From positions 1 to 40,888 of the forward strand of contig CAYGDK010000002.1 in the NCBI GenBank assembly GCA_964348645.1: a stretch of DNA of 40,888 nucleotides, read 5' to 3'. Position 1 is the stretch's first letter, and each line of letters starts with the position of its first letter. Shown here in pieces: positions 25,497 to 33,330 of the stretch. The stretch comes from an uncultured Candidatus Saccharibacteria bacterium (GTDB taxonomy: Bacteria > Patescibacteriota > UBA1384 > 2-12-FULL-50-11). Both the position numbers and the translations under genes were made by a program. The notes under the pieces are model-generated. The model was not told the origin of the DNA, searched no databases, and saw only the letters and a program-made list of their open reading frames with translations.

Positions 25497-27449
25497 TTAA
25501 GCTTGGTTCATAGCCGATACTTGAGATGGTTGTCCACCACCGAGAGCTTTCATTACATCAACTGGCTGTCCCTGTTGAGTTGGTTCTGGCTGTGGAAATA
25601 GTTCTGGTTGATTCCTTTGAATACTCATTGCTTGTAAATGAGCTTCCATGTGAGCAAGTTTAGCTTCCGTTTCAGAAGCCTTTGAGTGAATCTCCCAATG
25701 TGTCTTGTGATCATCTTGTGCTGTAATTGGTGGCAAGTTGTTTTTGTTGATGATGTCGTTTTCTTTTTCCGCCCTGATCTCTTCCACAGTTGGAGGGAAT
25801 AACCTATCAATCTCATCTCTTTGCATACCGAACAGTTTGGCCAATTTCTTTTGGAAATACCTTTTGTTTGATGTTGGGTCTGCGTTGACGAAGTTACCAA
25901 ACTGAGTAAGTAAGGTTCTTTGTTTAAAGTTGTTGGCTTCTGAGATGATAGCTGATTCAATAACAACATCTGGATCAACTGAGGCTACGATGTTTTCTCT
26001 TGTTAATGGTCTCCATTTTGCACCAAACGCTCCATTAAGTCTGATGATCTTTTCATCAATCTTGTCTTTGAAGTTTTTCTTGTATAGACCATACCACCTT
26101 TGCCAAAAAGCCTCTTCTGACCAACCAAATATACGAGTTGCAAGTGCAAACCTTTTGTCTACTCTTGAGGCTACTAGATTCAATTCCCCAAGTGTTCTCT
26201 CTTGTTTAGATAGCTGTCCCTGTTGAATGTCTGGGTTTGCTGTTGCTCTTTGTGCAGAAGCGTCAAGAGAATCTAATACAAACTGTAATAATTGCATGTT
26301 TGGAGAAGCTTTATTGATAGGACTAATGGCTGTCTGTGCGTTTGACTTTCCCTTTAATGGTACAAATCTGTTGAAATCTTTATTAATGTTGGCTAGGTCT
26401 GCTGGGTTTTTAACCGCTTTCTCGTCATAAGCATATGCTGGGTATAGATCAGACTTAAGTATTTTAATACCCAAGTTAAGTGCAACTGATTTTTGGCGTT
26501 GTTTATCCTCTGTTAAATCTGGGATTGAAATACCATTCCAAGTATGTGCTGTTGGATATAATGGTCTATCTATAAGTGGCCAGTCGTCCTTTGTTGATCC
26601 AAGATCCTCAAATCTGTTAACCGTCTTCATGTTGTTTGACAAAACAAGTGATACCTTTCTACCTTTAAAGTTAGTTAACCATTCAAGCATGTTGTAATCG
26701 GCATTACCATATAAACTTGCTTCTTGTGCAAACCCTTTACCTAAAACATCTTCTAACCCCTGAGCATTAAATCTTTCTCTTTGTGCATTTTCTAATAATG
26801 AGTTGAGTTTACCTGATGTTCTAACTTCACCAATGTTAATAAAGTTTCCGTTATCTTTCATTCTTTGCTTGGTCATTGAGATTTCGCGACCTCCAAACTT
26901 CATCTCTCCGTTCTTTTCAATGTCTCCGTTAACTGATATTGCAAATGGATCATGTAAGAATGTCATTGAATCCCAAACAACTGGCTTTGGGCACATCAAA
27001 CGTCTATCAAACTCTTTCATGTAAACAAAGCCTCTACCAAAAAAACAAGCGTCCCAAATCCATTCATAATCAATCTGAGCCTTTTTCATTAACTTGTAGT
27101 CATACTTACCAAGTGAGTTTAGATTTTCTTCTGTGTCTTGATCTCCCTCTTCTTTAGCTTCAAAGTTTGCAGTCATTGTGTCGTCATAAAGTGCGGCCAA
27201 AGTACCCTGCAATATACCAAACATTAAAGGTTCGCCGACCAAATCTTTGTCTAGTTTTTGATTGTTGTATAACTTAAGTCTGGTTAGATTTTCTTGAAGT
27301 CTTGCACTTTGGGAAATGTAAGCAATTGCATACTCGGTTTGAACCTGTTTAATAAGATCGGCAAAGCTTGTTTGGTCGTACTTATCCATCGCTCTTTGCA
27401 AGTGACGGGATACATACTCATCTTGTGGTTTTTCCATTGGTTCTGCCAT
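25497..27449 (-). CDS. Portal protein
   Basis: 650 aa. Assigned by size and by position between the terminase block and scaffold/MCP. Confidence 0.75.
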   Translation of the reverse strand: MAEPMEKPQDEYVSRHLQRAMDKYDQTSFADLIKQVQTEYAIAYISQSARLQENLTRLKLYNNQKLDKDLVGEPLMFGILQGTLAALYDDTMTANFEAKEEGDQDTEENLNSLGKYDYKLMKKAQIDYEWIWDACFFGRGFVYMKEFDRRLMCPKPVVWDSMTFLHDPFAISVNGDIEKNGEMKFGGREISMTKQRMKDNGNFINIGEVRTSGKLNSLLENAQRERFNAQGLEDVLGKGFAQEASLYGNADYNMLEWLTNFKGRKVSLVLSNNMKTVNRFEDLGSTKDDWPLIDRPLYPTAHTWNGISIPDLTEDKQRQKSVALNLGIKILKSDLYPAYAYDEKAVKNPADLANINKDFNRFVPLKGKSNAQTAISPINKASPNMQLLQFVLDSLDASAQRATANPDIQQGQLSKQERTLGELNLVASRVDKRFALATRIFGWSEEAFWQRWYGLYKKNFKDKIDEKIIRLNGAFGAKWRPLTRENIVASVDPDVVIESAIISEANNFKQRTLLTQFGNFVNADPTSNKRYFQKKLAKLFGMQRDEIDRLFPPTVEEIRAEKENDIINKNNLPPITAQDDHKTHWEIHSKASETEAKLAHMEAHLQAMSIQRNQPELFPQPEPTQQGQPVDVMKALGGGQPSQVSAMNQA

Positions 27450-27484
27450 ACCTTAATAATAGACCAAAACGGCGTAGTATACAA

Positions 27485-27829
27485 TTACTCTTTAATTACG
27501 GCTGTCTTTTCTAGGTTCATTGAAGTGAGAATGGCGTCAGTCTTTGACTGTTTCTTTGCTTTCGCCAATAACTTTGGATCATCAATCATGTCACATAGTC
27601 CCTGTGCGAGTATCATCATGTAGGCGTTTGCTCTCTTTAATTCCTTTTCACCAAATGAATGTTGTTTTTTGGCGTATTTAATAAAGACGTTGTTTTGATA
27701 GAACTTGCCATCTTTGAACATTATGGTTTGGAAAGTATCGCCAGTCTCTCGTTGGATACTTTGTACCAATATCCAGAAGCCTTTGTACTGTTGTGGAATA
27801 CCAATAGTTGTAATTCGTTGCTCGTTCAT
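27485..27829 (-). CDS. Hypothetical protein (114 aa)
   Basis: Track ORF. Confidence 0.6.
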   Translation of the reverse strand: MNEQRITTIGIPQQYKGFWILVQSIQRETGDTFQTIMFKDGKFYQNNVFIKYAKKQHSFGEKELKRANAYMMILAQGLCDMIDDPKLLAKAKKQSKTDAILTSMNLEKTAVIKE

Positions 27830-27830
27830 T

Positions 27831-28094
27831 TTATTTAATCGTAATGTTCTTCATCTCACTATTCATGTAGTCTTTGTGATCTTTCAAGTTCATTTTAGAT
27901 GGTTCTTTTTCTTCCTCTTTAATTGAGACTAATTTAAATCCTGCGTTGACGCCGTTAATACTTTCGTCTTTGTTTAACATTTTAAGAGAAATCTCGACCT
28001 TATATGTTTTGCCAACTTCCCAAGTTTTAATAACTGGAAACTTTTTACCATTTAGATAAAAGTCTGAGTATTCCCTGTCTACCATGTCCATCAT
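27831..28094 (-). CDS. Hypothetical protein (87 aa)
   Basis: Track ORF. Confidence 0.6.
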   Translation of the reverse strand: MMDMVDREYSDFYLNGKKFPVIKTWEVGKTYKVEISLKMLNKDESINGVNAGFKLVSIKEEEKEPSKMNLKDHKDYMNSEMKNITIK

Positions 28095-28100
28095 AAATAA

Positions 28101-28109
28101 AGTATAGCA
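28101..28109 (-). promoter_or_regulatory. Extended -10 TGCTATACT, 6 nt from ATG 28094
   Basis: Minus strand reads AGTGCTATACTTTATTTATG. Confidence 0.4.
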
Positions 28110-28114
28110 CTAAA

Positions 28115-29293
28115 CTACTTCATGTTAAACCATGCTTCTGGATCTTTAGTTTTAGATACATATTTAATGAACTTATAGAGATAATCAAACCATTCTGCAT
28201 ACAGTAATCGCACGTTACTGGTTAAATACTTTTTGTCTGCGTTCTCTTTTATCTCCTGTCTTATACTTACCTCTCCAGATCTTTTAATACACCACATCGC
28301 GTCTCTCACAAAGTCTTCAAATGTATTTGACCTGAAACTATGCTTGTTGTCTATTGTCTCTGGAAACACGCCAAAGTCTGTTGTAAGCGATGGAGTACCA
28401 CAAAGCTGTGCTTCAACGCTTGTACCAGCAAACGGCTCAAGATATGTTGATGGAGTGAATACTGCAATCGCTTTGGCCATTAACTCTGCTTTTACCTTTG
28501 GATCGTTAATAACACCCAAGTATTCTGCACCCTCTAAATCAAAACCCTCTGTTAATTGACCAACAATTTTAAGTTTCTTCTTTAATCTCTGTGATACTCT
28601 TTGAGCTATTTTGATACCTTTCTTTGGAATTGTGCGACCAATGTATAAAAAGTAATCTTCTTTTGGTAACTCAAGTAAACTATTTGGGAAGTCTTTATCA
28701 AACCAGTAGTTTGGAATGACACGATCAGTCATTTTGCCATCATAATTGACATTCTTGTTCTTGCCATATTCCATACCGTGTATAAAGCTTCTGACGCTGT
28801 TACTCTCAAATGCTCTAAATCTTGCGTGTGTTTCGTGATAGCCAATGCCTGTCTCACAAGTTGCTGGTATATTAACTGCGTCTGAGATTGCTTTCCAACT
28901 CTTGCCACCTTGAGGTTGTAACAAGAAGTCTCCCTCTTTTTTGCGTTTGTTGATTTCAATAATGGTGTTTGTTATCCATTTCTTGTGAACTGCTGATAAT
29001 GGTTCTACTTCATCAAATCTAAATGTTTTACCCTTTGTCCAATCGTATCCAATAGCAAAGCGATTATCTCCATCTCCATATGACTGCCTAATATCTTCAA
29101 GTGTGTGTGTTATTACAATCTCGTCTGCTTCAATAACGCTTCCCTCTGCACCGTAGAATATAACTGTGTGGCCTAGAGACTTGAGCATTGACGCCAACTT
29201 TACAATCTTTTGAGTAAATGCACACGGCAAATACTTCTCACTTGCTGGTAAGTGATATAGACCAACCATGTGGAATGTGTATTTATTGTTCAT
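28115..29293 (-). CDS. Glycosyltransferase (GT-B, GT4-like)
   Basis: C-terminal ..STYLEPFAGTSVEAQLCGTPSLTTDFGVFPETI.. matches the E-x-F-G..EA..G-x-P motif. Confidence 0.8.
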   Translation of the reverse strand: MNNKYTFHMVGLYHLPASEKYLPCAFTQKIVKLASMLKSLGHTVIFYGAEGSVIEADEIVITHTLEDIRQSYGDGDNRFAIGYDWTKGKTFRFDEVEPLSAVHKKWITNTIIEINKRKKEGDFLLQPQGGKSWKAISDAVNIPATCETGIGYHETHARFRAFESNSVRSFIHGMEYGKNKNVNYDGKMTDRVIPNYWFDKDFPNSLLELPKEDYFLYIGRTIPKKGIKIAQRVSQRLKKKLKIVGQLTEGFDLEGAEYLGVINDPKVKAELMAKAIAVFTPSTYLEPFAGTSVEAQLCGTPSLTTDFGVFPETIDNKHSFRSNTFEDFVRDAMWCIKRSGEVSIRQEIKENADKKYLTSNVRLLYAEWFDYLYKFIKYVSKTKDPEAWFNMK

Positions 29294-29477
29294 CTAATTT
29301 TTTATTTATCTTTCTACTTTTACTTTGATAGTATTTAGGCGTCTGCCATGCTATCTCTCGGTTTGTTGTCTTGCTTGGTTTCTTTCTTTTAAACTTCATA
29401 AAACTAATTTGCACCTTTCGCAATAAGTAATGATACCGCTTGTTAGCCGTACATGACCAAACAACTTACAGATTAAA

Positions 29478-30104
29478 CTATTTATCCATCTTTTTACCAT
29501 AATGTTTTGTTGGGAATACGCCGTAATATGACTTGTTGTAACCGTCCCAAGTCTCTGGATCTAGTTCTTCTACTCTACCCTCGCCCCCTAGCCACTTGTC
29601 TAAATCCTTTTGTCTTAATGTCTGTGGGTGGCCATCGTGTGGTGGAGTATCAAGCCACTCAAAGATTCTAATTAACTTTGCATGTTTCTTGGCATTTTCA
29701 ATGATAGCCTTTGGATCTTGTGTATGTTGAAGTACGTTATAAATCCAGATCTCATCATAAATACCAGTTAGCTTTACTGTCTCTGCTGGTTCAACAATGA
29801 CATTTAATCCTACTTGTAAATATCTCATGTAACCCCAACCAACAAGTGGCATTGGTTCAACAATTGCACCAAACGATAGATTCTTGGCCTTTAAAAGAAG
29901 AGATACTATTCCGCCCCCAATATCACAAACTGATTGATTATGGCAGTCAATGACCTTTCCTTGACCATAATTAAGAACATCAAGCCCCATTTTCTTTGCG
30001 TAGAATAATTGTTTTACTTCTTCTCCAAAAGTATTTCTTGAGGTAGTCCACCAAGCTTTCTCAAACTCTTGTGCTTTGTCCCATTCTGTCTTCGTTATTT
30101 TCAT
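29478..30104 (-). CDS. Class I SAM-dependent methyltransferase
   Basis: Motif I VCDIGGGIVSLL, 208 aa. Confidence 0.75.
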   Translation of the reverse strand: MKITKTEWDKAQEFEKAWWTTSRNTFGEEVKQLFYAKKMGLDVLNYGQGKVIDCHNQSVCDIGGGIVSLLLKAKNLSFGAIVEPMPLVGWGYMRYLQVGLNVIVEPAETVKLTGIYDEIWIYNVLQHTQDPKAIIENAKKHAKLIRIFEWLDTPPHDGHPQTLRQKDLDKWLGGEGRVEELDPETWDGYNKSYYGVFPTKHYGKKMDK

Positions 30105-30364
30105 GGCTGTTTCGTAAGTTTCGCTATTTCCTTTAATAGATCAATGTCTTGCGTTGGATCAGTAGCATATGACGCCCCCAAAGTATAACGAAGTGGCATA
30201 CCGTTGACAAGATGAATTGTAAATTGTCCAAAGTCATACTTTCTTAAAGACTTGATAATAACTATTTCAAATGGGGATAGTGGAAAGTCTATACGCTGGG
30301 CGTTTAGCTTCATTCTTTGTTCGTTAGTAAGTGGTAAACCTTGATGGTTTTGTTCGTCAATCAT
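30101..30364 (-). CDS. Hypothetical protein (87 aa)
   Basis: Track ORF with an ATGA overlap with the methyltransferase. Confidence 0.6.
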   Translation of the reverse strand: MIDEQNHQGLPLTNEQRMKLNAQRIDFPLSPFEIVIIKSLRKYDFGQFTIHLVNGMPLRYTLGASYATDPTQDIDLLKEIAKLTKQP

Positions 30365-30374
30365 AGCTATTTTA

Positions 30375-30383
30375 ATTGTAGCA
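30375..30383 (-). promoter_or_regulatory. Extended -10-like TGCTACAAT, 10 nt from ATG 30364
   Basis: Minus strand reads TGTGCTACAATTAAAATAGCTATG. Confidence 0.3.
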
Positions 30384-30385
30384 CA

Positions 30386-31903
30386 TTAACTATACGGATC
30401 TAGGTTTGGCGTGTCTTGTGTCGCTTTGGGACTATCAAACAACGGGTGATATTTCCTTACAGGTGGAGGGCTATATGGTACAAATCCAGTATCATTTATA
30501 AGTCCTCTACCCAAGTTCTCCATCATGTGGTCGTCTTTGTCTTGAGGTTTCTCGCTTTGATCCTTTTTGTCTGCACTTCTACCTTGCCACTCGTTATATT
30601 GCCAATGCTCCATTTCATAGATAGTTCTCACACAAGTGTCAAAGACATAGAGTTGTGGAGGTTTAATAAACTCTCCATTAATCTGTTGATAATCCAATGC
30701 GTCTTTGGTAAGCCTAATACCCATCTGACGCTCTTTAGAGGCTGGTATGTAGTCCAAACCATTGTTTTGAAGCGTTTCTGCAAGTGATTGTGTCTCTTCA
30801 CCACTAACTGATCTGTGCTGGTCTTTATTCCATGCCAAGCGGTCTGCTCGTCTTTCAACAATCCTGTATTGTCCAGCAATCTTTTTAATCCTTTGAATGA
30901 GTTCGCCTATTGATTCCGTGTTCTCATATAGTTCATCAATAACAAACTTCCTACCGTACTTATCAGTTGCCAACCACATCAACGCGTCTGGGTTTCTAGG
31001 GTGTGGATCTAGTAGTTCTATAACTGAATAGTCCTGTGGCGTAATTACAAACGGTCTAATGACATGAACCTTGCGATCCCACTTCTTATATACCAATCCA
31101 GTTAAATGTTGGAACAATCCAAAGATACGAGCCTGTTTGTCTTCTTCTGAATACTGAGCAATTTGTTTTTCTATATTCTCGTGATCAAGAAATCCCCTTA
31201 CTCCATGCTCTTCACACGCGTCTTCAACGTTTGCAGTAACAAAAGCTCTGTGTTCTGCTTCATTGTTTTGGTTAGTTATTATCTCGTCGTACATCCATGC
31301 CGAGCCAGTCAATGGTGTAGCAGTAATCCAACAGCCACCACCTAGTCTAAAACGAGCGATAGTGGCTTTGTAAATAGGTTCTGGTGGCGGTTCATCAAAC
31401 CAAGTCCAACCAAGTGTTGCGGATTCAAACTCTTTGGGATCTTGCTCGTAGGTCATAATGTCAAACTCCCAACCCGTGTCTGTCTTCCATGATGATTCAA
31501 AATGCTTACCATCTCTTGTCGCCGTGTATTTAGTTGAATATCTGCCCTTTGGAAATACAGCCTTTAATGTAGGTATAATCGTTTTTGTTACAGTTGTTGG
31601 GTCTGATACTATTCTCCCTCTCTTTGGGTATGGATAGTTTTTAAAGAATGGATTTTGAAAGTATTCATTATCTGTAGGCCACAATAAATTGGCCAACATG
31701 TTAGCCCCTGCAAAAGTTTTTCCAATTCCGTTAGCGGCCGAAAGTAAAACAACAATGTTAGTACCCTCTGCAACCAAATTAATAAACTCTTCTACTTTAC
31801 CAATGGGAACATAGTATCTATGCGGTTCGTTAGTTAATCTGTGGGCTTTCATCATTTTAGCCTCTTCTAACATTTTTAGTTCTTTTTCTAGTTGATTATC
31901 CAT
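30386..31903 (-). CDS. Terminase large subunit
   Basis: 505 aa. Walker-A-like LLSAANGIGKTF. Follows the small subunit. Confidence 0.85.
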   Translation of the reverse strand: MDNQLEKELKMLEEAKMMKAHRLTNEPHRYYVPIGKVEEFINLVAEGTNIVVLLSAANGIGKTFAGANMLANLLWPTDNEYFQNPFFKNYPYPKRGRIVSDPTTVTKTIIPTLKAVFPKGRYSTKYTATRDGKHFESSWKTDTGWEFDIMTYEQDPKEFESATLGWTWFDEPPPEPIYKATIARFRLGGGCWITATPLTGSAWMYDEIITNQNNEAEHRAFVTANVEDACEEHGVRGFLDHENIEKQIAQYSEEDKQARIFGLFQHLTGLVYKKWDRKVHVIRPFVITPQDYSVIELLDPHPRNPDALMWLATDKYGRKFVIDELYENTESIGELIQRIKKIAGQYRIVERRADRLAWNKDQHRSVSGEETQSLAETLQNNGLDYIPASKERQMGIRLTKDALDYQQINGEFIKPPQLYVFDTCVRTIYEMEHWQYNEWQGRSADKKDQSEKPQDKDDHMMENLGRGLINDTGFVPYSPPPVRKYHPLFDSPKATQDTPNLDPYS

Positions 31904-31990
31904 ATTGTGCGTATTCTTCGTTACTTGTGCCTAAAACGACCCCGTAGAATCAATTTTAAGGCCATTCAAAAATGAAAGTTAACTACTACA

Positions 31991-32479
31991 TCATTTCTTT
32001 TTGAACTTTTTATATCTTGAAACATTTGATTCAAGCTCTTTGATCTTTTGGTCTAGTTCATCATCTGATAGACTTTCAAACTGACTAACAACTCTGATTT
32101 TCTCTCCAGCGTATTTATCTTTTAGTTTATACATCATGTCGATTGCGTCTTTCTTAACTCTCAAGTTGTCGTTCTGATTAAGAATGAAGAGGTGTTGTTT
32201 AAAAACATTATCGTCATTTAGTCCAAACTCTTCAAACTTCATGTTTATATAATTGAAGATATTAGGAAGTCGTAAGAACTCTGAGGCCATAGCAGAAGCC
32301 ACCTTGCGATTTTTAACTTGGTATCCTGCTTTAATAATTGCGTCTACTCCATTTGCTTTGAAGTCCAAATAATAAGTACAAAACTTCTTTTGTTGAATAG
32401 TCATTGAATACTTAACGCCGTCCTCTGCAATATACTTGAAGACTTTACTTTCCGATAATCTTTTCTTTACTTTTGGCAT
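31991..32479 (-). CDS. Terminase small subunit
   Basis: ..MTIQQKKFCTYYLDFKANGVDAIIKAGYQVKNRKVASAMASEFLRLPNI.. fits the Terminase_2-type pattern. Confidence 0.8.
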   Translation of the reverse strand: MPKVKKRLSESKVFKYIAEDGVKYSMTIQQKKFCTYYLDFKANGVDAIIKAGYQVKNRKVASAMASEFLRLPNIFNYINMKFEEFGLNDDNVFKQHLFILNQNDNLRVKKDAIDMMYKLKDKYAGEKIRVVSQFESLSDDELDQKIKELESNVSRYKKFKKK

Positions 32480-32517
32480 ATTATAATTGTACTTCCTTTC
32501 TCGGTTAGTACAATTTC

Positions 32518-32526
32518 AGTATAGCA
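32518..32526 (-). promoter_or_regulatory. Extended -10 TGCTATACT upstream of the terminase genes
   Basis: Minus strand reads AAATGCTATACTGAAATTG, 39 nt before ATG 32479. Confidence 0.35.
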
Positions 32527-32567
32527 TTTGATATAGATGTTGTGCAAAATATGCACTAGTTCTCTTG

Positions 32568-32638
32568 CTCCGTTGGAGGGAATCGAACCCCCATTAATTG
32601 ATTAACAGTCAATCGCTTTGCCTTTAAGCTACAACGAA
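32568..32638 (-). tRNA. tRNA-Asn(GUU): tRNA-Asn (anticodon GTT)
   Basis: Hand fold: TTCGTTG-TA-GCTT-AAAGGCA-AAGC-G-ATTGA-CTGTTAA-TCAAT-TAAT-GGGGG-TTCGATT-CCCTC-CAACGGA-G. Confidence 0.8.
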
Positions 32639-32659
32639 AAGTATTAAAATGTAACGAAA

Positions 32660-32687
32660 ATGATACTTTTTTGCGAGTTTTCTGCAA
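32660..32687 (-). promoter_or_regulatory. Promoter TTGCAG-N16-TATCAT upstream of tRNA-Asn
   Basis: Part of a 12-nt direct repeat AAGTATCATTTT (32657-32668 and 32708-32719). Confidence 0.4.
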
Positions 32688-32728
32688 AAAACGCATAAAT
32701 AGAACCAAAAATGATACTTGTTTGTTTG

Positions 32729-32799
32729 CTCCGCAACATGGATTTGCACCACAATTAGTTGATTCAAAGTCAACTGTCCTGCTGTTAGACGATTGCGAA
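32729..32799 (-). tRNA. tRNA-Gln(UUG): tRNA-Gln (anticodon TTG)
   Basis: Hand fold: TTCGCAA-TC-GTCT-AACAGCA-GGAC-A-GTTGA-CTTTGAA-TCAAC-TAAT-TGTGG-TGCAAAT-CCATG-TTGCGGA-G. The T stem is weak. Confidence 0.75.
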
Positions 32800-32803
32800 T
32801 TAG

Positions 32804-32874
32804 TCAGGAATGGAAGAGTTGAACTTCCGCCTCGTGTACCCAAGACACGCACACTACCGCTATGCAAATTCCTG
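32804..32874 (-). tRNA. tRNA-Pro(UGG): tRNA-Pro (anticodon TGG)
   Basis: Hand fold: CAGGAAT-TT-GCAT..GTGT-G-CGTGT-CTTGGGT-ACACG-AGGC-GGAAG-TTCAACT-CTTCC-ATTCCTG-A. Confidence 0.8.
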
Positions 32875-32884
32875 TGATGTTGTG

Positions 32885-32955
32885 CGAGGTTGAGAAGAGT
32901 TGAACTTCTGTTTAAAGTTTTGGAGACTTTTGGTAAACCACTAGCCTACAACCCC
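32885..32955 (-). tRNA. tRNA-Trp(CCA): tRNA-Trp (anticodon CCA), weak D stem
   Basis: Hand fold: GGGGTTG-TA-GGCT-AGTGGTT-TACC-A-AAAGT-CTCCAAA-ACTTT-AAAC-AGAAG-TTCAACT-CTTCT-CAACCTC-G. Only 2 of 4 D-stem pairs form. Confidence 0.65.
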
Positions 32956-33009
32956 GAAGAGTACGGGTTGATTCTGTGGATTTTGTTGCCATTTAGTTAC
33001 CATGATTTT

Positions 33010-33018
33010 ATTATAACA
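33010..33018 (-). promoter_or_regulatory. Extended -10 TGTTATAAT inside the tRNA array
   Basis: Immediately downstream of tRNA-Asp and upstream of tRNA-Trp. Confidence 0.35.
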
Positions 33019-33023
33019 CAATG

Positions 33024-33094
33024 CGGACGATGAGAGAATCGGACTCTCGCTCTCGCCTTGACAAGGCGACATTCTACCATTAAATTAATCGTCC
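33024..33094 (-). tRNA. tRNA-Asp(GUC): tRNA-Asp (anticodon GTC)
   Basis: Hand fold: GGACGAT-TA-ATTT-AATGGTA-GAAT-G-TCGCC-TTGTCAA-GGCGA-GAGC-GAGAG-TCCGATT-CTCTC-ATCGTCC-G. Confidence 0.85.
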
Positions 33095-33098
33095 TTTG

Positions 33099-33229
33099 AG
33101 ACGGGTCTAGGATTTGAACCTATATGACTTTATAGTTTTACAACTGATGGATAAATACGGATCAATGCACAATCCCATTCTAACTCTAGTCTTACAGTTA
33201 TTAGCGTCTACCAATTCCGCCACCCCGTC
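33099..33229 (-). tRNA. Class-II tRNA (Tyr-GUA-like) interrupted by about 47 nt after position 37
   Basis: 5' end GACGGGG-TG-GCG-GAATTGGTAGA-CGC-T-AATAA-CTGTAA. 3' end G-TTGTA-AA-ACT-ATAA-AGT-CAT-ATAGG-TTCAAAT-CCTAG-ACCCGTC-T. 131 nt in total against about 85 expected. Confidence 0.45.
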
Positions 33230-33247
33230 TTGTATAAATTAAAAAGC

Positions 33248-33328
33248 TTTAGGAGAGTGAGCAAGGACTTGCACCCTGCATTTAACCGATTCTTGGCCTC
33301 CAGATTTAGGCAACCTCACTCCCCTAAA
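33248..33328 (-). ncRNA. tRNA-like element with a T arm and a 14-bp terminal stem but no canonical anticodon arm
   Basis: TTTAGGGGAGTGAG pairs with CTCACTCTCCTAAA. D-like hairpin GCCT-AAATCTGG-AGGC. T arm CAGGG-TGCAAGT-CCTTG. No 5-7-5 anticodon stem-loop was found by exhaustive hand check. Confidence 0.35.
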
Positions 33329-33330
33329 AC

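Noticed and set aside
31904-31990. 8-bp bulged hairpin GCCT(T)AAAA..TTTTAGGC between the terminase small and large subunit genes
   Set aside because: It could modulate TerS/TerL stoichiometry, but it is a single AT-rich stem without a U-tract or other support. Not reported as a feature.
32556-32867. 103-aa minus-strand ORF (and the 68-aa plus ORF at 32671-32877) in the ORF track
   Set aside because: It lies entirely over tRNA-Asn, tRNA-Gln and tRNA-Pro and their spacers. The reading frame is a by-product of the tRNA sequences.
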